Shown piece after piece: positions 35,750 to 44,153 of a DNA stretch of 64,000 nt. The stretch lies in assembly GCA_965215505.1 (NCBI GenBank), contig OZ244065.1:5376001-5440000 (forward strand). Direction: 5' to 3'. The DNA is from Capsulimonadaceae bacterium. GTDB lineage: Bacteria > Armatimonadota > Armatimonadia > Armatimonadales > Capsulimonadaceae. How positions within the stretch are numbered: position 1 is the stretch's first letter; each line of letters opens with the position of its first letter. A model generated the notes under the pieces. It did not search any database. It saw only the letters and a program-made list of their open reading frames with translations, and was not told the origin of the DNA. Made by a program: the position numbers and the translations under genes.

Positions 35750-36790
35750 CTAATTAAGCCTTCGTACAGAAGGGCGGGGGCCCTCCCCTACGCCGCCCGT
35801 GTAGGGGCGCGATTCATCGCGCCCTCTTGTCTCATCTTCCGCCTGTTCACACTCCGCGCATACCACCAGCGGTGGCACCTGCTGCGTCCGGTTCATCCCG
35901 GCCAGCCGCGCCGCGCGGGCTGGGGAGCAGGCGCAGGTGTAAAACTTCTCGATGTCCCACAGGTCGGCGAAGACGCAGCCCCGTTTTAGCCCAAGGCCGT
36001 ATTCCTGCACCGCTTCCAGCGAGGGCAGGGTCGGCGGGGAGTAGTCGCCCGAGGCGGCCAGCGCCTCCATCGCGCCGTTCCCGGCCCGTGTCGGGATGAC
36101 GCAGCAGACGGACGCGCCGCCTTCAAAGGCAGCGTCGAGGGAGCGTTTGGCCCAAATGATGCCCTCGGCTTCGGTCAGGAACGGGGGGCGCAGGAGCAGG
36201 AAGACGCGCAGGGCGATGTCATTATCGGCAAGGAAGGCCGCCGCGCGCTCAAAGTCCGCGACGGTGAACCGCTTGTTCAGCCGGGCCAGGACGTCCGGGT
36301 GAACCGTTTCCAGGCCGACGGCGACTTCCAGACGCGCGGCCAGCAGATCACGGAAGCGCAGGCAGTGGTCGCCCAGCAGGGCGGGATGGCACTCGACGAC
36401 CACGCGCTCGAAGCCGCGCACGGCCTCGGCGATCTCGGCGTAGTCTTCGGGCGGGACGGCCTGCGGGTCGAAGAAGCTGCCCGCGTTGTAGAGCTTGACC
36501 TGCCGCGCAGGCGGCAGCCGGTCGAGCGCATAACGGATTTGCGCGGCGATGGCCCCGCTCGGGACGCGGGTGTCCAGCGTGTTCTGCCATAGATCGCACA
36601 TCAGGCACCGGTACGGGCACTCGCGGTTCGTCAGGAAGACCGTCGCCGTCGGGATGGTTCCCCCCAAAGGCCCCGCCTCCTCCTCCCACAAGAAGGCGTA
36701 GGAACGCATCGGGTCGAGCGCGTTCTTCGGGCCGCGCCTCCCAACAATCCAGCGGGTGCGCTCGCTCGGGGAGGCAGGATAGGCGGTCAT
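35750..36790 (-). CDS. Radical SAM protein (Elp3/RaSEA-like branch)
   Basis: CPYRCLMC (CxxxCxxC), KLYNAGSFFD, EVAVGLET and LL.PPFL.E.E; ATGA coupling at 36787-36790. Confidence 0.88.
   Translation of the reverse strand: MTAYPASPSERTRWIVGRRGPKNALDPMRSYAFLWEEEAGPLGGTIPTATVFLTNRECPYRCLMCDLWQNTLDTRVPSGAIAAQIRYALDRLPPARQVKLYNAGSFFDPQAVPPEDYAEIAEAVRGFERVVVECHPALLGDHCLRFRDLLAARLEVAVGLETVHPDVLARLNKRFTVADFERAAAFLADNDIALRVFLLLRPPFLTEAEGIIWAKRSLDAAFEGGASVCCVIPTRAGNGAMEALAASGDYSPPTLPSLEAVQEYGLGLKRGCVFADLWDIEKFYTCACSPARAARLAGMNRTQQVPPLVVCAECEQAEDETRGRDESRPYTGGVGEGPRPSVRRLN
35771..35825. repeat. Inverted pair of GTAG-type REPs inside the 3' end of the radical SAM ORF
   Basis: AGGGCGGGGGCCCTCCCCTAC (35771-35791) and GTAGGGGCGCGATTCATCGCGCCCT (35801-35825). 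Confidence 0.72.
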
Positions 36791-38199
36791 CGGGCGACGG
36801 GGAACGGGCGCGACAGGTCGTTGCCGGAGAAGCGCTCGCCGGCCGGGTCCCATGCTTCGCGCAGGCGGTCCTGCCACTGGCGCAGGAAGACCGACCGGCA
36901 CCACGCCTTGCTGACGCGCCACTTGCGGTAGGTGTCGCCGCCTGCCCCGTTTACGTCCCCGCCGACGCCGTCCTGGAACCGGCGCTTGGGCGGGGTGGGC
37001 ATTGTGATCCCGGTCACGGCTAAGACGCCTGCACGGACGATGTCGGCCTTCAAAGTGTACAGCCGCTCGACGCTGCCGTCTAATATCTCCTCGAAGGGAA
37101 TAGCGAGCGAGGCGGCCAGGGCCGCCCGGTCGGTGTAGGGGGAGAAAGCATCAAAGCCGAAGTGCTGCCCCGGCGCGTAGGTGCGGACGTAGGAGCGCGA
37201 CAGGCCGCCCGAGTAGGTCAGGCTGTGCTTGATGGCGTCCACGCCCCAGCCCTCCTGGTACAGCAAGGGGTTCCGCAGGACGCTGGACAGGGTCAGATCG
37301 GAGTCCTCCAGCGGGTAGTCCTTCAGGTTTTCGTCGCCGCCGTCGCCGTCGAGCAGGTACTTCATCGCCGGGTAGCGGTCGCGGATGCCGCGCAGGAGGC
37401 ACAGGGCGACGGCGGCGCACTCGACATCTAAGGGATGGTAGTCCTCGATGACTTGGATGGCTTCTTCCATGTCAACTGACTCGGCACTTGCCTTGACGAC
37501 TTCCCACTGGCCCGCCAGCCCCAGTTCACGCACGATGCCTTCGGCCTGGGCGGCGTCCTGGCCGCCGCCGAGGTCCAGGGTGAAGCCGCGGACCATGTCC
37601 GGGTCACGGCCCATCAGCGTCAGGGCGTGGCGGGCCAGCAGGAAGACCGAAGTGCTGTCCACGCCGCCCGAAAAGGCCAGCCCGATCGGCTCGCCCTCGG
37701 GGATCGTGCCGAGCCAGCGCGTCAAGGCTTCCAGGGCCGCCGCGACGTAGGCCGCGCCCAGGGCTTCCACGTCGGCGGGACCCGTGCCGATGGCGGGGTG
37801 GAAGAACCGGTGGTAGCGCGGGGCCGGGTCGGGGCAGCCGATCTGGTCTATCTCGATCAGGTAGTGGGCGGGCACCATGCGCGTGTAGAGCGGGTCGAAC
37901 TGCCACCCGATCTTCTCCGAGCGGCACCACTCGAACAGCGAGTCGATGCGGTCCGAGGCGATCAGGAACGGCCCGTGGAACATCTTGGCGACGAAGTAGC
38001 GCAGGGGGGCGCCGACCGTGCGCGCCATCCGCACCGTCTGCCCGTCGCGGGCCGTGGCCGCGAAATGTCCCTGCGCCCGGCCCAAAGTCTCTACATCGCC
38101 CGCCCGCACCGCCTCAGTCAACTGCGTCGGCGTCAAGGCCGGCATCGCGGACTGCTGTGGGCCGACCAGGTCCACCAAACGCTCCACACCTAATAACAT
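36787..38199 (-). CDS. Asparagine-synthase-related ATP pyrophosphatase
   Basis: AFSGGVDS PP-loop, DGDGGDE and PKRRFQ; N-terminus lacks the catalytic Cys1 of glutaminase domains. Confidence 0.82.
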   Translation of the reverse strand: MLLGVERLVDLVGPQQSAMPALTPTQLTEAVRAGDVETLGRAQGHFAATARDGQTVRMARTVGAPLRYFVAKMFHGPFLIASDRIDSLFEWCRSEKIGWQFDPLYTRMVPAHYLIEIDQIGCPDPAPRYHRFFHPAIGTGPADVEALGAAYVAAALEALTRWLGTIPEGEPIGLAFSGGVDSTSVFLLARHALTLMGRDPDMVRGFTLDLGGGQDAAQAEGIVRELGLAGQWEVVKASAESVDMEEAIQVIEDYHPLDVECAAVALCLLRGIRDRYPAMKYLLDGDGGDENLKDYPLEDSDLTLSSVLRNPLLYQEGWGVDAIKHSLTYSGGLSRSYVRTYAPGQHFGFDAFSPYTDRAALAASLAIPFEEILDGSVERLYTLKADIVRAGVLAVTGITMPTPPKRRFQDGVGGDVNGAGGDTYRKWRVSKAWCRSVFLRQWQDRLREAWDPAGERFSGNDLSRPFPVAR

Positions 38200-38282
38200 T
38201 GGAAGGTCTCCATCCTAACGGGACGATAATGATAGGCTTGATTATACCTGCACGGACCGGCTATTTGACCGACGATGCGGGC

Positions 38283-38603
38283 CTAGACGGTCAGCCCGGC
38301 CAGCGGGTTCCCACCAGCGGTGGGCGGGGCAACCGCTGTGACGCTGTCGGAGTCCTGGCTGATGCGCCCAATCGCCGCCACCGTCTTGTTCAGTGACGCG
38401 CCCGCAATGGGCGGGGCCGCGCCCGGCGGCAGCGGCATCTTTTCCGCCGCCACTGTCAGCGCGACCTCCCCCTCGGGTGGCCTGACGGCGGCCAGCGCGG
38501 CGGCGAGTGTGAGCGGCTTGACGGGTGCAGCCTCCTGGGCCGGGGCCGCCAGTGGGAGGAAGGCCAGGACCGGCAGCAAGGGGGCGAAGCGGGCAAGGGC
38601 CAT
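38283..38603 (-). CDS. Short secreted hypothetical protein, possibly a truncated remnant
   Basis: Signal peptide then about 80 Ala/Pro-rich residues and an abrupt end. Confidence 0.4.
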   Translation of the reverse strand: MALARFAPLLPVLAFLPLAAPAQEAAPVKPLTLAAALAAVRPPEGEVALTVAAEKMPLPPGAAPPIAGASLNKTVAAIGRISQDSDSVTAVAPPTAGGNPLAGLTV

Positions 38604-38613
38604 GGAAGACCTC

Positions 38614-40554
38614 CTAAGAAGCGGGCGGCGCTTGGAACCGGCGCACATGATAGGTGGGCAGGCTGCCGAAGTCGCGGGCCAGGTCGAGCGTGCCGATGTA
38701 CTCGCAGGCGAAGGCGGGCCGCCACTCCCGCCCCGCCTGTCGGGCCTCATGGGCGGCGGCCTGCTGCTCCGCCGTCAGCAGGGCGGCGAACTGCTCCGAG
38801 GCGTAGATGTTGCCCGGAACCGTGACCGGCTCGATGCGGGCCGCCCGGTTGACGTGCGAGCCGTAGTAGTTGAGCGCGCCGGTGATCGGGTCTATCCCCT
38901 CGAAGACCGGCCCGGCGTGCAGGCCGATGCGGATGCTCATCTCGCGCGGCAGGCCGTACTCGGCCCAGTCGGTGTCGCAGACGACCTCCTGGAGCGCCAG
39001 GGCGTATTCGGCCAGCCGGGTGGCGTCGTCCATCAGGACGAAGATGGCGTCCCCCCAGGTGTTGACGAACCCGTCCGTCGGCGGCAGGCTCCCCGCCACG
39101 CGCTCCAGGAAGCTGAACATGAAGGCCGGCATCCGGTCCTCCTGGAGCTGGCTGTAGCCGACCACGTCGGCGAAAAGCAGCGTCTTGACCTGACGGCGGA
39201 TCGCGGCTTCGGTGCGCGGGGCGTGTGGCTGCGGAAGGTGCGGGGCGGGCGTGACGCCGGGCTGAGACGGGGGGCCGAGCGGGATGACGCGGCGGCGGGC
39301 TGGGTCGGGCCAGCCCGCCACCAGGTCGGCCGTCCCGCCTGCCAATGCGCTCTCCCGGCCGTCCCAGACCGCCAGCAGGACGGGGGCGGCCCCCAGCGGC
39401 TGGGCGGCCAGCGTCGCGTACCCGAGCAGCATCCGGCCCATCCAGGCGAAGAGGCTGTCATCGCCCTGCACCGACTCTTCACTGAGGTACTTGACCGAGG
39501 CGGCCCGCCCCAGCGCCGCCTCGAAACGGGCGACCCACTGCGGGCCGGCATAGCGGACGCTGGCGTCGAGGAAATCAGCCGGGGAATAGGGCAGCACGAG
39601 ATGGACCTCGGCACCGCGCGCCTGCATCGCCTCGATGAACAGCAGGTCCGACCCGCAGGCCGCCGAGCAGTAGCCGATCCGGGCGTCCGTCTCCTCCAGG
39701 TGCCGGACGATCTCGGCCCGCACGGCCTCTTCCTGGGACTCGGGGAATCGCGGGACGGCTCGGCCCGGTCGGTCCAGCATGTGGCCGACGAACACCAGTA
39801 CGGCGGGAGGCGTCATCATCTGAAGGAGCGGGTCGGGGACGGGGAACCCGTGGGCGGCCAGGAGTTGGAGCTGCCGGCGGGAGGCGGCGACGGCCCCGTA
39901 GCGCCGCCCCGCCAGCGAGGCGGCGCGCGCGTAAGCCGCCTGCGCTTCCGCCCCCCGGCCGAGCAGCAGGAATGCCTCGCCGCGCGTCGCCCAATGCCAG
40001 TACCGGTCGGCTTCGGAACCGGGAGCGGCCTGCCCGGTGGCCTCCAGCACCGACCCGGCGAGCCGAGCCGCCTGCGCCCGGTCGCCGACGATCCAGGACA
40101 GCGTCGCGGCATTGATGCCGGTCCAGGAGCCGCCCGACGCCTCGAACCCGCGCCCGTAGGCGTCGCGGGCGCATCGGGCGTCCTCCACCCGCCCCGAACG
40201 ACGCCACACGTCCTTGTAGACGCGGGCGATCAGCCCCAGCGTCTCCTCGTCCGCCTCCGCCCCATGGCGCAGGGGCACGCTGTCCCTCCGCATCGGCGCG
40301 GGGTAGAGGTCTTCCAGAACGCCCTGGGCCTCCGCCAGTGCGCCCGCGCGCAGCAGGGCCAGGGCGGTCGCCTGACGCAGCCGCGCGCTGTCCGGGAACC
40401 GGCGCAGCGCCTTCTGCGCCAGGTCGTGCGCCCTAAACGTCTGGCCCTGGTCGAGCATCGTCCGGACCGCCGCCTCGGCCTCCGCCTGGGAAGAAGGAAA
40501 GTCGGGCGGCTGCGGCGAACGGGGATCTAGCGACTGGCTGGGAAGTAAAGGCAT
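38614..40554 (-). CDS. Class III nucleotide cyclase with N-terminal TPR/TRAF-binding-like region and central SLOG-like domain
   Basis: GINAATL, YWHWATRGEA; FVGHMLD..RFP, SAACGSDLLF, HLVLP, LLAVWDG...GGTAD; LFADVVGYS, TWGDA, IRIGLHAGPV and VNRAARIE. Confidence 0.85.
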   Translation of the reverse strand: MPLLPSQSLDPRSPQPPDFPSSQAEAEAAVRTMLDQGQTFRAHDLAQKALRRFPDSARLRQATALALLRAGALAEAQGVLEDLYPAPMRRDSVPLRHGAEADEETLGLIARVYKDVWRRSGRVEDARCARDAYGRGFEASGGSWTGINAATLSWIVGDRAQAARLAGSVLEATGQAAPGSEADRYWHWATRGEAFLLLGRGAEAQAAYARAASLAGRRYGAVAASRRQLQLLAAHGFPVPDPLLQMMTPPAVLVFVGHMLDRPGRAVPRFPESQEEAVRAEIVRHLEETDARIGYCSAACGSDLLFIEAMQARGAEVHLVLPYSPADFLDASVRYAGPQWVARFEAALGRAASVKYLSEESVQGDDSLFAWMGRMLLGYATLAAQPLGAAPVLLAVWDGRESALAGGTADLVAGWPDPARRRVIPLGPPSQPGVTPAPHLPQPHAPRTEAAIRRQVKTLLFADVVGYSQLQEDRMPAFMFSFLERVAGSLPPTDGFVNTWGDAIFVLMDDATRLAEYALALQEVVCDTDWAEYGLPREMSIRIGLHAGPVFEGIDPITGALNYYGSHVNRAARIEPVTVPGNIYASEQFAALLTAEQQAAAHEARQAGREWRPAFACEYIGTLDLARDFGSLPTYHVRRFQAPPAS

Positions 40555-40593
40555 TCGGTTCTCCGCGCCCGCGAGAATGAGTACAGCAATAGT

Positions 40594-40932
40594 ATGACTG
40601 CAAGACCGGAAAAACGCAAGGCCGCTTTCTCCAAGGCAGCACAGTATGTGCCGGCCCCGCGCGACACCTCCGCCGTCCACCTCACCGCCGAGATGAGCGC
40701 CCTGACGGAAGACCTGGCGAAGAACACGCACGAAGTCTGGGCGGCCCAGCGCATGGCCGAGGGCTGGCGCTACGGGCCGTGCCGGGATGAGGAGCGCATG
40801 GAACACCCCGGACTCGTCCCCTACGAGGACCTGCCCGACTCGGAGAAGGAGTACGACCGCAGCACCGCCCTGGAGACCCTGCGGCTGATCCTCGCCCTGG
40901 GCTACAGCATCTGCCGCGCCGACCCCCCGTGA
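40594..40932 (+). CDS. Stand-alone RyR (ryanodine receptor repeat) domain protein
   Basis: YVPAP.DTS, LAKNTHEVWA..R..EGW.YG..RD....HP.LVPY..LPDSEKEYDR. Confidence 0.9.
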   Translation: MTARPEKRKAAFSKAAQYVPAPRDTSAVHLTAEMSALTEDLAKNTHEVWAAQRMAEGWRYGPCRDEERMEHPGLVPYEDLPDSEKEYDRSTALETLRLILALGYSICRADPP

Positions 40933-41021
40933 TACCCCCAGGATGAACGCCTGGGCGTGAAACATGTCACACCCGGTGCGATGTTTCTGCTGTATAATGT
41001 ACCGGAAGAGAAACACATCCC

Positions 41022-41900
41022 ATGAACATCCTCGCCAAGTTCAACCTGATGATGGTGACCGTCTTCACGCTCGGGCTGATCGCCGTGTGCCTAGTGACGA
41101 ACTCGCTGCTCGAAGGCAACGCCCAGCAGCAGGTCGTGGACAACGCGCGCATCATGATGGAGACCGCCCTCGCGATGCGCCAGTACACCAGCAAGCAGAT
41201 CAAGCCGCTGCTCGACGGCCAGAACGTACACGGGTTCCTGCCGCAGACCGTGCCCGCCTATGCGGCCACGCAGGGATTTAATGCATTACGCGAGAAGTAC
41301 CCCCAGTACACCTACAAAGAGGCGACGCTCGACCCAACCAACGTCCTGCAAGACAAGGCGACGGACTGGGAGGCGGACGTCGTCAGCCAGTTCAAAAACC
41401 AGGGGGAGACCAAGGAGATCATCGGCATCCGGCAGAGCGCGACCGGTCCGTCGCTCTACCTGAGCCACCCCATTCGGATCACCGACGCCGCCTGCCTGAC
41501 CTGCCACAGCACGCCGGCCGTCGCCCCCGCCTCCATGATCCAGAAGTACGGGCCGGACCACGGGTTCAACTGGCACCAGGGCGACGTGGTCGGGGCGCAG
41601 ATCGTCTCGGTCCCGATGTCGCTGCCCGAGGCCATGGCCCGGCGAGCCTTTCTGGCCGTACTCGGGTCGCTCGTCGCCGCCTTCGCCGTCACCCTGCTCC
41701 TGCTCAACGTCATGCTGACCCTGCTCGTCATCCGCCCGGTCACACGACTCGCGCGGGTCGCCGACCAGATCAGCCAGGGGAGCCGCGAGGTGGAGGACCT
41801 CCCGGTCCGGGGGCATGACGAGATCGCCGGGCTGGCCGTGTCCTTCAACCGGATGCAGCGCTCACTCAAGAAGGCCATGACGATGCTGGATGAGGTGTAG
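41022..41900 (+). CDS. DUF3365 heme-c sensor + HAMP membrane protein without output domain
   Basis: TM, VPAYAA, YKEATLDPTN, CLTCH, GAQIVSVP, TM, HAMP (DEIAGLAVSFNRM) then stop. Confidence 0.85.
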   Translation: MNILAKFNLMMVTVFTLGLIAVCLVTNSLLEGNAQQQVVDNARIMMETALAMRQYTSKQIKPLLDGQNVHGFLPQTVPAYAATQGFNALREKYPQYTYKEATLDPTNVLQDKATDWEADVVSQFKNQGETKEIIGIRQSATGPSLYLSHPIRITDAACLTCHSTPAVAPASMIQKYGPDHGFNWHQGDVVGAQIVSVPMSLPEAMARRAFLAVLGSLVAAFAVTLLLLNVMLTLLVIRPVTRLARVADQISQGSREVEDLPVRGHDEIAGLAVSFNRMQRSLKKAMTMLDEV

Positions 41901-41908
41901 GGGGGAAG

Positions 41909-42832
41909 ATGACGCACCACGACGTTTTCATCAGCTACTCGACGCTCGACAAGCCGATCTCCGATGCCGTCTGCGCGGCCCTGGAAGGTCAAGGCATCCG
42001 GTGCTGGGTGGCCCCGCGCGACATCACGCCCGGCCAGGACTGGAGCGACGCCATCATTGACGCCATCGCGGACTGCCGCGTCTGCCTCCTGATCCTGTCC
42101 ACAGCCTCCAATCAGTCGGACCAGGTCAAGCGGGAGGTGCAGAACGCGGTGAGCGAGGCGAAGCCCATCCTACCGTTCCGCATCGAGGATGTCGCCCTGT
42201 CCAAGCACATGCGCTACTTCATCGGCACGCCGCACTGGCTGGACGCCCTGACGCCGCCGATGGAGCGCCACCTCCAGAGGATGGTGGAGACGGTGTCCGG
42301 ATTGATCGCCGCGCTCGACGACAAGGCGGGCGAGGCCGAACCGCCCCCCGCCCTGCCGCGCGCCTGTTTCCTCTGGGATGATGCGCGCCTCGCCCGCATC
42401 GAGGCCGAATTGCGCCAGTTCGTGGGGCCGCTGGGCCGCACCCTGGTCGCGGAAGCGGCGGTCGCTGCGAACGGCTACGAAGACCTGGGCCGCCGCCTGG
42501 CGGAACACATCCTGTCCGAACGGGAGCGCGCGACCTTCCTTGCCCGGTGTCAGGCCCTGACGCCCGCCGCCCCACCGCCCGCGTCTCGCCCGGCCCCGGA
42601 CGCTGAGGTCATCAGCCCCGAGGCCGTCGCCGCCGCCGAGAAGGCGCTGGCACATTACGTCGGCCCGCTGGCCCGAACGCTGGCGAAACGGGCGGCGCGC
42701 ACGGCGGCGGGGCCGGCCGAGTTCTACCGCCTGCTGGCGGATGAACTCCCCGCGCCCGCCGAGAAGGCCGCGTTTCTGGCTCAGTTCCAGGGCGGCAGGG
42801 GCGGCGGGGCGGCGGGCCGGGCGAACAGGTAG
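41909..42832 (+). CDS. TIR-domain protein with two C-terminal helical repeats
   Basis: DVFISYS, GIRCW.APRDI.PG..W and S.QVKREV (putative catalytic Glu); repeats LRQFVGPLGRTLV / LAHYVGPLARTLA. Confidence 0.88.
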   Translation: MTHHDVFISYSTLDKPISDAVCAALEGQGIRCWVAPRDITPGQDWSDAIIDAIADCRVCLLILSTASNQSDQVKREVQNAVSEAKPILPFRIEDVALSKHMRYFIGTPHWLDALTPPMERHLQRMVETVSGLIAALDDKAGEAEPPPALPRACFLWDDARLARIEAELRQFVGPLGRTLVAEAAVAANGYEDLGRRLAEHILSERERATFLARCQALTPAAPPPASRPAPDAEVISPEAVAAAEKALAHYVGPLARTLAKRAARTAAGPAEFYRLLADELPAPAEKAAFLAQFQGGRGGGAAGRANR

Positions 42833-44010
42833 CCCTGCACGAAGTCCGCGCCGTTCGCCTTCGCCCATTCCCATTCTTCGCGGCGCTCGATGCCTTCCGC
42901 GACCGTTTTCAGCCCAAGCCCCTGCGCGGTTTCGAGCAGCTTCCGGGCGACCAGCGCCTTGTCCTTCTCACGGTCCACGCAGTCGAGTAGGGCGCGATCT
43001 ATCTTGACATAATCCGGGCGTAGTTCCAACAAAGCAGACAGCGAGGAGTAGCCTGCCCCCACGTCGTCGAGCGCGACACCGAAGCCGTTGTCGCGGTAGT
43101 ACCCCACAATCCTCTGCATCAGTGCCATTTCGGGTAGGTGTTCGCTCTCGATGATCTCGAACACGATGCGCCCACGCTCCAGCCCCAGCTCGTCCACCAT
43201 GCGGACCGTGCTGTTGAGACACGAGTGGGGCGAGTAGATCGCATTGGGCGTGAAATTAATGAATGTCTTAGCGGGGAGCCTGTGCTTCGCCGCCGAAACG
43301 ACGGCCGACCGGCGGGCGGCGAGGTCGAGCTGGAAGAGCAGGCCCGCCCCGTCCGCCAGGTCGAGCATCAGGCCGGGCGAAACCGCACTCCCCTCGACCT
43401 CGGCCCGCATCAGGCACTCATGCCCGTGCAGGATGGAAGGGTCCGTACAGTCCAGGATCGGCTGGAAGACCGAATACAGCCGCCCGCCGCGCAGGATGTC
43501 CAGCAGCCATTCGCTGCGTGCCTTGGCGGCGAAGTCGGGCAGCGAGTCGATCTCAAAGCGGTCGCCCCACTGTGGCAGCAGGCCGTCGGGCTGGAAGTGG
43601 GCGCGCGCGTCGCGCTGCTCGGTGGAAGAGAGCCTGGCTATGATCGGGGCCAGCAGCGGCGCGAGGCTTCCGCCCCCGACGCGGACGCGGATCGTCCCCT
43701 CCTGCTCCTGGTGGTCCCAGCGCGACTGGGTCAGAAACTCCAATATCTTGCCGAGCGAGTAGGTGTGAGGCAGACGTATTTCCAGGGTCCCCGGCCCCCG
43801 CAAGGGCGTGGGCAGCACCTCGCACCTTTGGCAGCCCGGCGCCCCTTCGGGGACGTCTTCCTCATTGGGCAGCGTCATCCCATGATAAACGCCCTCGAGT
43901 GCGTCCGCCTTCAACAGCTCCTCGGCGGGAGTGGTCGGTATGGCCGTCGGCACAGGGCCGTGCGTGTAAATGATCTTGTCCGCGTTCTTCCGATCGGGCA
44001 TCTCGCCCAT
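42781..44010 (-). CDS. EAL-domain c-di-GMP phosphodiesterase
   Basis: FQPI, ECLMR, FIN, FEIIE, LDDVGAGYSSL, KIDR, AEGIE and QGYL; N-terminal CQRC. Confidence 0.9.
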   Translation of the reverse strand: MGEMPDRKNADKIIYTHGPVPTAIPTTPAEELLKADALEGVYHGMTLPNEEDVPEGAPGCQRCEVLPTPLRGPGTLEIRLPHTYSLGKILEFLTQSRWDHQEQEGTIRVRVGGGSLAPLLAPIIARLSSTEQRDARAHFQPDGLLPQWGDRFEIDSLPDFAAKARSEWLLDILRGGRLYSVFQPILDCTDPSILHGHECLMRAEVEGSAVSPGLMLDLADGAGLLFQLDLAARRSAVVSAAKHRLPAKTFINFTPNAIYSPHSCLNSTVRMVDELGLERGRIVFEIIESEHLPEMALMQRIVGYYRDNGFGVALDDVGAGYSSLSALLELRPDYVKIDRALLDCVDREKDKALVARKLLETAQGLGLKTVAEGIERREEWEWAKANGADFVQGYLFARPAAPPPLPPWN

Positions 44011-44153
44011 AATTTCGCACCCTTTTCCCTTCCTACGTCGGCCCTTCTACCCGTGAGAGCGCTTACGGTAAACATCCCGCCGGAGGTGCGGTGGGTTGAG
44101 TTTATGCCGGTTTTCTGATATACTGAGGTTCTGGACTGAGAGGAATATGATCT

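Noticed and set aside
38283-38603. RiPP precursor for the radical SAM / halogenase operon
   Set aside because: It has a Sec-type signal peptide and no leader/core pattern; more likely a truncated secreted protein
40555-41016. N-terminal extension of the cyclase ORF
   Set aside because: It is antisense to the clearly real RyR gene
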